Virus record (IMG/VR): IMGVR_UViG_3300026966_000012
DNA: 45,080 nt
Strand: one strand, 5' to 3'
From: a virus
Lineage: Duplodnaviria > Heunggongvirae > Uroviricota > Caudoviricetes
Part shown: positions 35,374 through 44,117 of the stretch, piece after piece
Position numbering within the stretch: the stretch's first letter is position 1
Layout: each line of letters opens with the position of its first letter
Notes under the pieces: generated by a model
What the model was told of the DNA's origin: nothing
Databases searched by the model: none
Seen by the model: only the letters and a program-made list of their open reading frames with translations
Made by a program: the position numbers and the translations under genes

Positions 35374-36631
35374 TCGCCGGGTTCCAGACGCTGCAACCCC
35401 TACCCCCTCGGGGGCGAATACGGACCTCCAGCGAGTGTGCATCATCGGCGGGGGTGGATACATGGGTCTCCCGTTCTCTCTCGCGGTTGCCGACGCTGGC
35501 CATGACGTTACAATCGTGGACATCGACGAAGATCGTCTCGCTCAAATAGACAATGGCGAGTTTCCATTCCGAGAGCCTGGCGGCCAGGAGATCCTCGACG
35601 AGATATCCATCGTGACCAGCATGGAGCACGAAGTCGTCGCTGACGCCGACGTGGTGGTTCTCACGGTTGGGACGCCCGTCGACAAGTACCAGACCCCGGA
35701 TATGAGCATCGTGTTCACGGTCATGGACGCGATCGAACCGTACACGTCCGAGGAGCAACTCCTGGTCCTCAGGTCGACTGTCGCTCCTGGTGTCGGTGAC
35801 GCGGTCAATCAGCGGACGGACGCCACGGTTGTGAACGCACCCGAACGAGCGCGCCAGCACCACATGCTCGAGGACCAGGTGGATGTACCCCAGCTGATCG
35901 GCGCACCCACGATGGAATCCTACGAGCGGGCGAAGGCATTCTTCGAGTCGTTCATGAACGCCGATGTCAAGCCCCGTCTCTCACGGCGTGAGGCGGAGCT
36001 CGCGAAGATCTTCGGCAACGTGTGGTTGTACGTCACCTTTGCCCTCGCAAACGAATACTGGGCGCTCACGGAGCACCACGGCGAAGGTGACTCTGTCCAC
36101 CGCTTACTCGACATCGCGACTGAAGATGTCGACTGGTTCAACCCGCCAGGACCGGGGGCGAATACTGGCGGACCATGTCTCCGTAAGGACGGCTGGTTTG
36201 TCTCGACAGCGTTCCCGGCGACGGAGCTGTACGAGACGGCCACGTCGATCAACAACGCGATGCCGAGCCGAGTCCTTGACGGGCTCGAACAGCGAGACGC
36301 CAGACAGCCCGAGAAGATAGCGGTCCTCGGGATGACGTTCAAGCCCGACGCCGACGACATGCGAGGGTCTCTGGCCGATCAGATGCACTACGAGATCGAG
36401 CGTCGTGGGTACGGCGACCGGACGGTGTTCGTCGACCCGAATGTCGATGAGTACGCCGACGTGGAGGAGCTGGACGGAGCCGACTGGGTGATCGTCCTCA
36501 CACCCCACCAGGAGTTCCGTGACTTCACCGCGGTGTCCACCGCTGCTGGTGGTACCGCCTGGTATGCGGACATCTGGGGGTCATGGGACGTCACGCAAGA
36601 GCGGAGCGATAACGGATACTTCAAATACTGA
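35366..36631 (+). CDS. UDP-glucose/GDP-mannose dehydrogenase family nucleotide-sugar dehydrogenase
   Basis: IIGGGGYMG, VGTP, LRSTV.PG, PER, AELAK, catalytic GGPCLRKD, LGMTFKPDADDMR.S. Confidence 0.95.
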   Translation: MSSRRVPDAATPTPSGANTDLQRVCIIGGGGYMGLPFSLAVADAGHDVTIVDIDEDRLAQIDNGEFPFREPGGQEILDEISIVTSMEHEVVADADVVVLTVGTPVDKYQTPDMSIVFTVMDAIEPYTSEEQLLVLRSTVAPGVGDAVNQRTDATVVNAPERARQHHMLEDQVDVPQLIGAPTMESYERAKAFFESFMNADVKPRLSRREAELAKIFGNVWLYVTFALANEYWALTEHHGEGDSVHRLLDIATEDVDWFNPPGPGANTGGPCLRKDGWFVSTAFPATELYETATSINNAMPSRVLDGLEQRDARQPEKIAVLGMTFKPDADDMRGSLADQMHYEIERRGYGDRTVFVDPNVDEYADVEELDGADWVIVLTPHQEFRDFTAVSTAAGGTAWYADIWGSWDVTQERSDNGYFKY

Positions 36632-36632
36632 C

Positions 36633-38258
36633 ATGCCAACTGGAAATGAGATAGCGAAGGACACGCCTGTTGAGAGCGACGAACACTGGAACTTCGACAA
36701 CGGTCTGCGGATCGTCGTCTACCCGGTCCTGGCGGCGAACACGATGATCGAAGCCAGCCCGGCGTACCAGCACCTCAAGCAGACGATGCGCTGGTTCGAC
36801 GAGCACTATGACTTCCCGGTGTTCTGGCACATCCTCTGGCCGGAGACGGGTCGTGACGATGCCCGCTACCGCTATCAGTGGAAGAACCACTCGGAGCGCC
36901 TGTGGCTCGAACGCCGCGACGACATCGAACTGATCGAGACGACGTTCCACGCGTGCCAGACAACGGACATGGGGCTGTGCAACCGCGAGCTCCGAGAAGT
37001 GATCAACCAGTCCGAGGGCACTCGCTTCTACGACTTCATCTTCAACCAGAAGCCCGGTGCAGCGGCTGAGATCATGGATACCGTACGCGGTCGTCGAGAG
37101 GAGGACGAACTGTGTCCGGCGATCATGAACACACACTGTATGCCACCGACCTGGGACAAGACGTTCGGCGACTACTACCGCCTGCGGATGGCGTCGGGGA
37201 TGATCGGCCCGGTGACGCACAACTTCTTCCAGACCGACCACCAGCTCGACAACACACTCGCGGCGCTACGCGAATACTTCAACGGGAAGACGCTCCAGAA
37301 GTTCAAGGACCAGTCGTCGGTGATGGGTACCGGCGTCGACGTGGACTACCTGGATGGGTTCGCATCCGACCTGGACGGCGGCGACGGCGATCTCGCCGAA
37401 GACAGTCCGTTCATCGTCACGTTCAACAGCAAAGTGTACAAAGAGCGTAACTACGAGGAGTCCTGGCGTATCCTGGACACGCTCCACTCGTCACCGATCG
37501 ACTGCAAGGTGCAGCTGGTGGTGCCGAACCTCGGACAGGGGAAACTCCTCACTGAGGTCGAATACTCCTCGACGGCCGAGCACTTCGACACGTACTCGGG
37601 GCTCAAGAAGACGGAGTACCTGGAACAGTCGGCCAAGGCGAAAATGTCGCTCAACTCGGTGATCAAGACCGACTTCAACCAGACACTCGCAGAAGTCGCA
37701 TACGTCGGCGCCCTCCCGGTGATGCGCGACGCCGACTGGTCACGGTTCATGTTCGGCGACGACTACCCGTTCCTGTACAAGGGCGAGGAGCACGGGAAGA
37801 AGATGGCCCTGCACGTCGCCGCTAACATCGACGAGTACCGTGCCGAGTGGATACCGAAACTGCGGACTCGTCTCCGGGAGCGTCACCACGCTGCGCTGTA
37901 CTTCAAGGAGATACTCGAGCAGGTGCATCGGCTACGCGAGGACGTGACCTGGGGTAACGAATGGTTCGACCTCCCACCGATGCACAAGCGGTTCGAGATC
38001 AACGAGAACAGTGGTCGGGTAACCCGGGAGGCTGTAGTCCTCCAGGCGCTCCGTCGATGCGACGATGTGTTCACGATGGAAGACTTCGCCGAGAAGTACC
38101 GCCAGGTCAGTGAGTCCAAGGCGAAGATCCTCGAGCCCCATGACGGCCGATCGCCAGCGCCACACCTCTCGTACTACCTGGCTCTGAAAAAGTACGGCGT
38201 CAAGGATCTGTGCGACGGCCCACTCCCGACGCTCGACAAGTCGGAGCTGGATGCGTAA
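36633..38258 (+). CDS. Putative GT-B fold glycosyltransferase with C-terminal extension
   Basis: Two-domain layout; donor-binding-like segment SLNSVIKTDFNQTLAEVAYVGALPV; directly after the nucleotide-sugar genes. Confidence 0.6.
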   Translation: MPTGNEIAKDTPVESDEHWNFDNGLRIVVYPVLAANTMIEASPAYQHLKQTMRWFDEHYDFPVFWHILWPETGRDDARYRYQWKNHSERLWLERRDDIELIETTFHACQTTDMGLCNRELREVINQSEGTRFYDFIFNQKPGAAAEIMDTVRGRREEDELCPAIMNTHCMPPTWDKTFGDYYRLRMASGMIGPVTHNFFQTDHQLDNTLAALREYFNGKTLQKFKDQSSVMGTGVDVDYLDGFASDLDGGDGDLAEDSPFIVTFNSKVYKERNYEESWRILDTLHSSPIDCKVQLVVPNLGQGKLLTEVEYSSTAEHFDTYSGLKKTEYLEQSAKAKMSLNSVIKTDFNQTLAEVAYVGALPVMRDADWSRFMFGDDYPFLYKGEEHGKKMALHVAANIDEYRAEWIPKLRTRLRERHHAALYFKEILEQVHRLREDVTWGNEWFDLPPMHKRFEINENSGRVTREAVVLQALRRCDDVFTMEDFAEKYRQVSESKAKILEPHDGRSPAPHLSYYLALKKYGVKDLCDGPLPTLDKSELDA

Positions 38259-38443
38259 TGTCACAGCGAACCGCCGATCTCTGTAGCAGAGTGAAGGCGT
38301 CGTCGCGAGCAGCCGATATAGCATGGGAGGAGATACGCAAGAAGGTCGATGGTCTGAACCTGGATATCGGCGATTTGGTACGCAAGAAAGAATTGGAGAC
38401 AGAGAGTGTCGATGAAGACGATATAGTCAGGAATAAGTCCTAA
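38258..38443 (+). CDS. Small hypothetical protein
   Basis: TAATG stop/start overlap; 61 aa. Confidence 0.5.
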   Translation: MSQRTADLCSRVKASSRAADIAWEEIRKKVDGLNLDIGDLVRKKELETESVDEDDIVRNKS

Positions 38444-38445
38444 CA

Positions 38446-38457
38446 AGAATCTTTAAC
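38446..38457 (+). promoter_or_regulatory. BRE/TATA promoter
   Basis: AGAATCTTTAAC about 30 nt before ATG 38487. Confidence 0.55.
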
Positions 38458-38486
38458 ATCGCTACTCACCTATTAAAGTATGCACT

Positions 38487-39287
38487 ATGGGAAACGACGA
38501 GAACAGTGCCCAGTCGACGTTCGGTAGCAACGGTGAGATCGAGGAACCGGAGCCGACGTCGACGGACGAAGACGCTGGTAATGGAACGATGGACGATGGG
38601 ACCGAGATGGGAAAGTACGACACCAAAGGCGGATTCAACCAGTACATTGTCGGTTCTGCACTACAGAAGGCGATCCGGCGGAGTGACGAGGAACTGGCGG
38701 CCTGGAGCGCGTGGGAGCTGGTACGGTCAGGCTACGGCTGGTGGTACTGGAATCGGATGGCGATCATCGCGGTCGAGGAGTTCGTCTCCGAGGACCAGAC
38801 ACTGGTCCTGATCGACACGCTCGAGCGCCTCGCCAAGAAGAAGTGGTCGATGGAAGACTGGGAAGGTATCGTCTGTGCAATCCGCGCGGCGATCGCCTGT
38901 GCTCGCGCACCCAAATCACGCGAGCACGTTCACGCGAACCGCGTGTTCACGGCGATGAAGAACGAGCGCGTCAAGGCCGAACAGGAAGGGCGCGAACCGG
39001 AGTACGACTTCCCGACGATCCCGGACGAAGCCTACGACCAGCACTGCTTGTCCGGTCGAAAGCAGAATCGTGGGTTCCACCACTTCATGACTCACAGTGG
39101 CCGACTCGACAACGAGACCGAGCTCGGCGATGAGTACAAGGAGTTCCTGATGCGCAACGTCGAAATGGCCTACCCGGACAAGGACATCAGCCAGGACCAG
39201 ATCACCGAATCGGACATCAAGACAGCGACGACGCCGGTCGAGCCGGGAGAGCACGACAGGCCGCACCACTACACGCCACCGAAGTAG
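38487..39287 (+). CDS. Stand-alone MgsA/RarA C-terminal-like domain protein
   Basis: SALQKAIRRSDEELAAW...L...G.......RM.IIAVEE and IPDEAYD.H resemble the RarA helical-lid/C-terminal motifs; no Walker motifs. Confidence 0.65.
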   Translation: MGNDENSAQSTFGSNGEIEEPEPTSTDEDAGNGTMDDGTEMGKYDTKGGFNQYIVGSALQKAIRRSDEELAAWSAWELVRSGYGWWYWNRMAIIAVEEFVSEDQTLVLIDTLERLAKKKWSMEDWEGIVCAIRAAIACARAPKSREHVHANRVFTAMKNERVKAEQEGREPEYDFPTIPDEAYDQHCLSGRKQNRGFHHFMTHSGRLDNETELGDEYKEFLMRNVEMAYPDKDISQDQITESDIKTATTPVEPGEHDRPHHYTPPK

Positions 39288-39425
39288 ATGGTCGAACACG
39301 GACTGTTGTTCTATCGGACGACAGACGACAGAAACCGGAACGTGTACGTATTCGTCACAGAGGACGGCCGAGAACTGCACCTACCACCAGAAACGACTGT
39401 GAGTGAGTTGCAGAACAGGCTCTAA
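39288..39425 (+). CDS. Microprotein (45 aa, absent from ORF track)
   Basis: ATG directly after the previous TAG; MVEHGLLFY...ELQNRL. Confidence 0.45.
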   Translation: MVEHGLLFYRTTDDRNRNVYVFVTEDGRELHLPPETTVSELQNRL

Positions 39426-39435
39426 ACCCCTGCAC

Positions 39436-39466
39436 GTACATATGGGCGCGTGTATATACACGTGCA
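39436..39466 (-). repeat. 31-bp RY-alternating intergenic element, copy 3 (inverted)
   Basis: Reverse complement is TGCACGTGTATATACACGCGCCCATATGTAC; contains the 14-bp palindrome CGTGTATATACACG. Confidence 0.85.
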
Positions 39467-39563
39467 CGACAACCTGACATGTTTTGCCCGTGCGTTTATA
39501 CTACCAGAACCTGAATAGGTAAGTGAGCGACAGCCGCGTCCGTACGCGGTTCGAACCTGATAG

Positions 39564-39971
39564 ATGTCAGAAAGACCGCCCAACTACCCGTTCGTCGACG
39601 ACGAGATCCTGTACACGAGTTTGCTCCCCGACGAGTTCGACCCGACGCGCGACTCGTACTTCGCGCTGGGACGGATGCCCGAGGCGATCGAGCGGGACAT
39701 GAACGGGAAGATCCACACGAACGACTACCGTCTCGTCTTCGCGACGCCGGCGAAGGGAATCGTTTCGTTCGAGATCAACGATCGTGACGCCGAATCGCTA
39801 TTTTGCCTCCTGACGACACTGTTCGACGACGCGAACAGATCGATTAGTCTCGACTGGGCAAACCTCGTGACGGGGACGAGCTCGACGGTCTGGGCCGGGC
39901 TCTCCGCACTCGACGCCACGACCAGTGTAGACACGAGTGAGAAAGATACGGAAGAAGTAGACACATCATGA
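39564..39971 (+). CDS. Hypothetical protein
   Basis: 135-aa acidic ORF after an intergenic gap. Confidence 0.65.
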   Translation: MSERPPNYPFVDDEILYTSLLPDEFDPTRDSYFALGRMPEAIERDMNGKIHTNDYRLVFATPAKGIVSFEINDRDAESLFCLLTTLFDDANRSISLDWANLVTGTSSTVWAGLSALDATTSVDTSEKDTEEVDTS

Positions 39972-40531
39972 AGACACTGAAAGCAGCACAACGACACGAT
40001 GATGGGGAACCGACCGGGGTCTGGGACTACGTCTCGATCCGGAAGCGCCGAGGCCGACCCATCGGCTATTGCGCCGGGATGCCTGCGACCACGAAAGAAG
40101 AAGTAGAGGAGCGATTCGGCCCGAACGCACCCGACGACTGGGATGATGAAGAAGGGGTCTGGGCGCGCGACTTCCTCGACATGATCGACCGGAATAGAAA
40201 GAAAGTAGAGCAATTCGGCCACAAGTATCACGACGACGGTCACGACTCGAAAGAGGCGGCCGAGAAGTGCTACGGGGAATACCTGTGGGACCAGCGAACG
40301 ACACTCCACGATCCCGAGGAGGCACACGCGACCAGTCTCGACGACGTCAAAGGGACGAAACAAACGTTCGAATGTCAGGTCGACGGGTGCGAAGAAGTGC
40401 TACTCGCTCCGACCGCTACGATGGAGGTGTATCTCGGGGCGGCGTTTTACTTCTGTCCTGAGCACCACGACGAAGATCGCATCGGGGACCGAGTGATGGC
40501 GTACGCACGGGGCACGAGCTGGCAATCGTAA
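39968..40531 (+). CDS. Zn-finger hypothetical protein
   Basis: CQVDGC...FCPEH; ATGA overlap. Confidence 0.7.
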   Translation: MKTLKAAQRHDDGEPTGVWDYVSIRKRRGRPIGYCAGMPATTKEEVEERFGPNAPDDWDDEEGVWARDFLDMIDRNRKKVEQFGHKYHDDGHDSKEAAEKCYGEYLWDQRTTLHDPEEAHATSLDDVKGTKQTFECQVDGCEEVLLAPTATMEVYLGAAFYFCPEHHDEDRIGDRVMAYARGTSWQS

Positions 40532-40734
40532 GTGTCACTCATGCATATTACACGCATTTCTCAGAGTCTTATTCTAATGAACCCCAATTTACTATACTAA
40601 GAGCCTGAAATAAAGTCCTTAGTCAAATCTCGCGCGTCTATGTGCACTAACAGCTGAGGCCCTATCAGCACAGTCGGATGGGAATGTGGCGACACCCTTA
40701 AGGTCTGATATTGCGTCTTTTCTGATAGATACTC

Positions 40735-41205
40735 GTGGCGAACAAGCTCGACATCTGGGTGGACGACCGGGAGCCAGACCGGGTCAAGGACATGGCACCG
40801 GAGGTGTTCGGTGAGGACAAGACGACAGTAAAGCGAATGAAGGCCGGGGATTTCGTGGCCGCCGGTGCCCACGCCGCCGCTGAGCGCAAAGAAGTATCCG
40901 ACTTTCTCGGGTCCATCGGTGACAATCGTATCTGGAGACAGACAGACGGGATGAGTCAGCAGTACGAACACAACTGCGTGGTCGTCGAGGGGTCGCACAT
41001 CGAGTCGTTCGTTGCCGACATCTACGGTGGGCACGCGGCATCGATCCGCAAAGTGATCGGCGTTGTCGCCTGGCTCAATCATCAGGATGGATGGTCGGCT
41101 ATGTGGTTCCCACAGGACGGCAACGAGGGGACACGTCTCCTGTTAGAGTACCTATCGTGCTGGTTTAGACAGGCGCAAAAGAAAAACAAGAACGATACAA
41201 ACTAA
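40735..41205 (+). CDS. ERCC4/XPF-family nuclease domain protein
   Basis: VDDREP, GDF, ERKEVSDFLGSI.D.RI..Q...M...Y.....VVEG; GTG start. Confidence 0.85.
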   Translation: MANKLDIWVDDREPDRVKDMAPEVFGEDKTTVKRMKAGDFVAAGAHAAAERKEVSDFLGSIGDNRIWRQTDGMSQQYEHNCVVVEGSHIESFVADIYGGHAASIRKVIGVVAWLNHQDGWSAMWFPQDGNEGTRLLLEYLSCWFRQAQKKNKNDTN

Positions 41206-41232
41206 CCGCAATAGGGCGGCCACATTTTGATA

Positions 41233-41255
41233 GAAGTATCAGAAACCTTTATTAT
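41233..41255 (+). promoter_or_regulatory. BRE/TATA promoter
   Basis: GAAGTATCAGAAACCTTTATTAT; 17-bp identity with 26868. Confidence 0.65.
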
Positions 41256-41299
41256 CTCATCACGACTATCAATAAACACCCTATCAAGGGTTTGATAGT

Positions 41300-41557
41300 A
41301 TGGAACAGAGTGACCATGAGTTCGACCTGGACGCGGAGCTGACGTACGCTGATGCTATCGGAGGAGCGCGTGTTCGCGCGCAGGGCATCAACTGCGTTCT
41401 GACCGCTGAGACGTTCGAGCTCGCAGATGCCAAAGGGACTCTCAACGTCACGAAGGACGTCCTCGGGAACGATCTCGAGGCGTTGTTCGGCGTCGAGTTG
41501 GACCAGTCGTATCGAGTAGAAATCACTGTATCTCCTGTTGGGGAGGCACTTCGATGA
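41300..41557 (+). CDS. Hypothetical protein
   Basis: 85-aa acidic ORF downstream of the promoter. Confidence 0.65.
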   Translation: MEQSDHEFDLDAELTYADAIGGARVRAQGINCVLTAETFELADAKGTLNVTKDVLGNDLEALFGVELDQSYRVEITVSPVGEALR

Positions 41558-41751
41558 ATAGTTCTGACGTGGGTGAGATTCTCGACATCGTTCGTCGGAA
41601 AGGGCCGCTCACCTATCACGAGCTGATGGAGAAGTCGCCGCCATACGCACCGGACGAAGTCTTCGGGGCGCTGGAGGAACTCGAAGCAGACGGGAAGGTG
41701 CGCCGTCGCGATGACCGGTCGTGGGTTGCCGTCGATGGAGAGTGGGCATGA
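41554..41751 (+). CDS. Small winged-helix protein
   Basis: ILDIVRRKGPLTYHELM......EVFGALEELEADGKV pattern. Confidence 0.6.
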   Translation: MNSSDVGEILDIVRRKGPLTYHELMEKSPPYAPDEVFGALEELEADGKVRRRDDRSWVAVDGEWA

Positions 41752-42398
41752 CGCGCGGACAGAAGACTAACTACACGGGCAAGGACACGTCAGTCTCGAT
41801 CACGCAGACACAGGCCGCTGACCAGTCCCAGCTCACGATCACGAACGACCGACTTCGCGGCGAGTGGTCGCCCCGAGCGATCGTCGAACGGCGATACAAG
41901 AAGATGAAAAATCGCGGGCCCACGACAACGTTCCTTCCCATCAGTCCACGAGGGGCGCTCCGTGGGATGTCGGAGAAGTACGGCGAGTCGTTCATCATCG
42001 GCTACGCGCTGGTCCGGCCGAAGGTCAAGACGTGGACGACTCGTGACGACAAGGATGCCGTCTTCAAGCAGTTCGAGGACAAGGACGAAGCGTACCTGTG
42101 GGAGAAGCGTCGGCCGACATACATCCCCAAGGACCGCGTCACGCCCCGATTCATCATCGAGGGCTACGGGTACAACTGGCGTCAGCCCACAGCGTCGAAG
42201 TGGGGCGGGAAGTTCTACGTCATGGACGCCGGGAAGATGCTCTCAGCCAGAGATGGTTTCCGGATCGTCGGCGTCGTAGAGGTACCACCAGGAACGGAGT
42301 TTGCGTACCCGTTCGGGAGCTCTGCTCGACTGAAAGAACGGCTCGAGGACGATGCTATCGACTACACACTCAACCCCGACTTCCGGAGGGTCGCATGA
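41748..42398 (+). CDS. Hypothetical basic protein
   Basis: ATGA overlaps at both ends; unusually Lys/Arg-rich for this genome. Confidence 0.65.
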   Translation: MTRGQKTNYTGKDTSVSITQTQAADQSQLTITNDRLRGEWSPRAIVERRYKKMKNRGPTTTFLPISPRGALRGMSEKYGESFIIGYALVRPKVKTWTTRDDKDAVFKQFEDKDEAYLWEKRRPTYIPKDRVTPRFIIEGYGYNWRQPTASKWGGKFYVMDAGKMLSARDGFRIVGVVEVPPGTEFAYPFGSSARLKERLEDDAIDYTLNPDFRRVA

Positions 42399-42904
42399 GT
42401 AGTAGCGACTACGTCAAGATCTCGAAGGACGAGTTCGACGAGTTCATCGAAACACTCCCTCTCCGGTTCAGAGAGAAGGACTGGAACTGGACCCAGGAAG
42501 CTGTCTACGACTGCGAGGCGAAGTACAGCGGTCACACCTATGTGTTCCGTATCTGGTCGAGCGTCGACGTTCGAGACGGTTACGGGAGAAAAAGCGGCGG
42601 TGATGCGATCCGCGTCCAGTGTCTGGTGAAAGAGGACCACAAGGGACCCGGACAGTGGAAGCCTGTCATCCACCATAGCCAGCTCCCCGACGACGTCGGG
42701 TCGCACATCAAGCGGACGGAGGGGTGGCGCGACCGAGTGAAACGTCATCTCGTCGCGATGGAGGCGTTCCTGGGCGGTGAGCAGAACAAGCTGTGCATCT
42801 GGTGTGACCGACCGATGGTCGTCCGGGAGCGCAAAGAAGACGGTAAACAGTTCTGGGGCTGCTCCGGCTTCCCGGACTGTCGGCACACTGAGGGCCTGGA
42901 GTGA
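42395..42904 (+). CDS. Protein with C-terminal topoisomerase-type C4 zinc ribbon
   Basis: CIWCDRPMVVR...GKQFWGCSGFPDCR. Confidence 0.8.
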   Translation: MSSSDYVKISKDEFDEFIETLPLRFREKDWNWTQEAVYDCEAKYSGHTYVFRIWSSVDVRDGYGRKSGGDAIRVQCLVKEDHKGPGQWKPVIHHSQLPDDVGSHIKRTEGWRDRVKRHLVAMEAFLGGEQNKLCIWCDRPMVVRERKEDGKQFWGCSGFPDCRHTEGLE

Positions 42905-43236
42905 TGCCTGGGCCGATCAGCTTTAGTCACCCGCTCGCATGGGACTTTCTCACCACATACGGGTACGTTGCGACGTTCCGTACGAGACGACGAAAGTCGG
43001 GGACGTGTGACACCTGGTGCAACCGCGGTCGTGGCGAGCCCAAAGAGTTCGACGTCCACGTCCAAGAGGTCGGTCATGTCGATCTGCACGACGGCGGTCT
43101 TCGGACGCTCAGACACTTCTCGTCCATCAGCGGGATGGAGACGAGCTCGGTCTGGCGAGCGGCCATCGAGGAGGTGAACGGAGAGCTTCCCGACGAGGGG
43201 TGGCTCTACCTGGTGACGGTGACCGAAAATGAGTGA
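42904..43236 (+). CDS. ASCH/PUA-like domain protein
   Basis: ISFSHP...GYVATFRTRR..G...V.V.EV...SGM.....W...I pattern; TGATG overlap. Confidence 0.5.
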   Translation: MPGPISFSHPLAWDFLTTYGYVATFRTRRRKSGTCDTWCNRGRGEPKEFDVHVQEVGHVDLHDGGLRTLRHFSSISGMETSSVWRAAIEEVNGELPDEGWLYLVTVTENE

Positions 43237-43417
43237 CCAGTATGTCGTCATAGACCTGGACGATGTAGAGGACATCCGCCGCGAAGGGGAAGACATCGTT
43301 GCGGTGACGCTGTCCGTGGCCGACGGGCCGTTTGACGACCCACACGACGCCGGGTTCAGGGCACGAGATCACTGGAGCTACGAGTTCGTAGGGTTGACGA
43401 TGGGGAGGTATGACTAA
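43229..43417 (+). CDS. Small hypothetical protein
   Basis: 62-aa acidic, coupled ORF. Confidence 0.55.
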   Translation: MSDQYVVIDLDDVEDIRREGEDIVAVTLSVADGPFDDPHDAGFRARDHWSYEFVGLTMGRYD

Positions 43418-43952
43418 CGCTGCTGGTGGTAGTGAGTTCGACTTCGCTGAGGTCGTGCCTCGTGATCGGGATGTGTACACGGCGACCGACCACCTGATGA
43501 AGCGCGTTCGGATGTCCGGTCGGTTCATCACAGAGGAGCTCGTCCGTGACCTGATCGCGACCGGTGAGATCAAAGGTAACCGGCCCGGGAAAGGTGGGTG
43601 GGTGTTCGAAAAGCAGTACGACGGTGTCCTGTTCAAGCTGATCTGCGACATCGGTGCGGACCTCGAGCCCCGTATCGTCACCGGCGTCTCGGAGATCGTG
43701 GACCGGGGTGCGGCACTGTCCTCGGCACGCTGGTCTGAATCGACCGTCCATCAGGTCGAGCTTCGGTCTGCGCTGAGTAGAGACACACATGAGGTACCCA
43801 AAGAGCGGATGCTCGGCCTCGAATGTCTCGACCCGATCGCGGTGAAAGGGCACAGAGTCATCACTGACAGTGAGTGGGACTTCGTCCGGTGTACCGAGTG
43901 CGGCATGGAAACGCGATCGAAAGCCGAGCTCTCGAGCACCGCCTGTAACTGA
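43410..43952 (+). CDS. Hypothetical protein, DUF4258/RelE-like N-domain plus Zn ribbon
   Basis: TDHLMKRVRMSGRFITEELVRDLIATGE and C-terminal HRV...CTECG; GGGAGG SD. Confidence 0.5.
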   Translation: MTNAAGGSEFDFAEVVPRDRDVYTATDHLMKRVRMSGRFITEELVRDLIATGEIKGNRPGKGGWVFEKQYDGVLFKLICDIGADLEPRIVTGVSEIVDRGAALSSARWSESTVHQVELRSALSRDTHEVPKERMLGLECLDPIAVKGHRVITDSEWDFVRCTECGMETRSKAELSSTACN

Positions 43953-44084
43953 GCCCGATGCCCCACCACCTTACCCAACGAACACCACTCACGTGGGAGC
44001 GCGGGGGTCCATGAGCCTCCTATCCCCCATATTCAGGTGTTTCAGGCCCTTATTTTTGTCCGACACCCGGCGATGCCATCTTCG

Positions 44085-44117
44085 GACCGTAACCCCCACC
44101 CTCTCGGGGTCGCAAAC
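44085..44117 (+). repeat. 33-bp C-rich intergenic element, copy 3
   Basis: GACCGTAACCCCCACCCTCTCGGGGTCGCAAAC. Confidence 0.7.

Noticed and set aside
8430-43429. Several copies of the 9-mer include GCTGGTGG, the E. coli Chi site
   Set aside because: The conserved core is CTGGTGGTA with variable flanks and no strand polarity, and the context is archaeal (no RecBCD). The match is probably coincidental.
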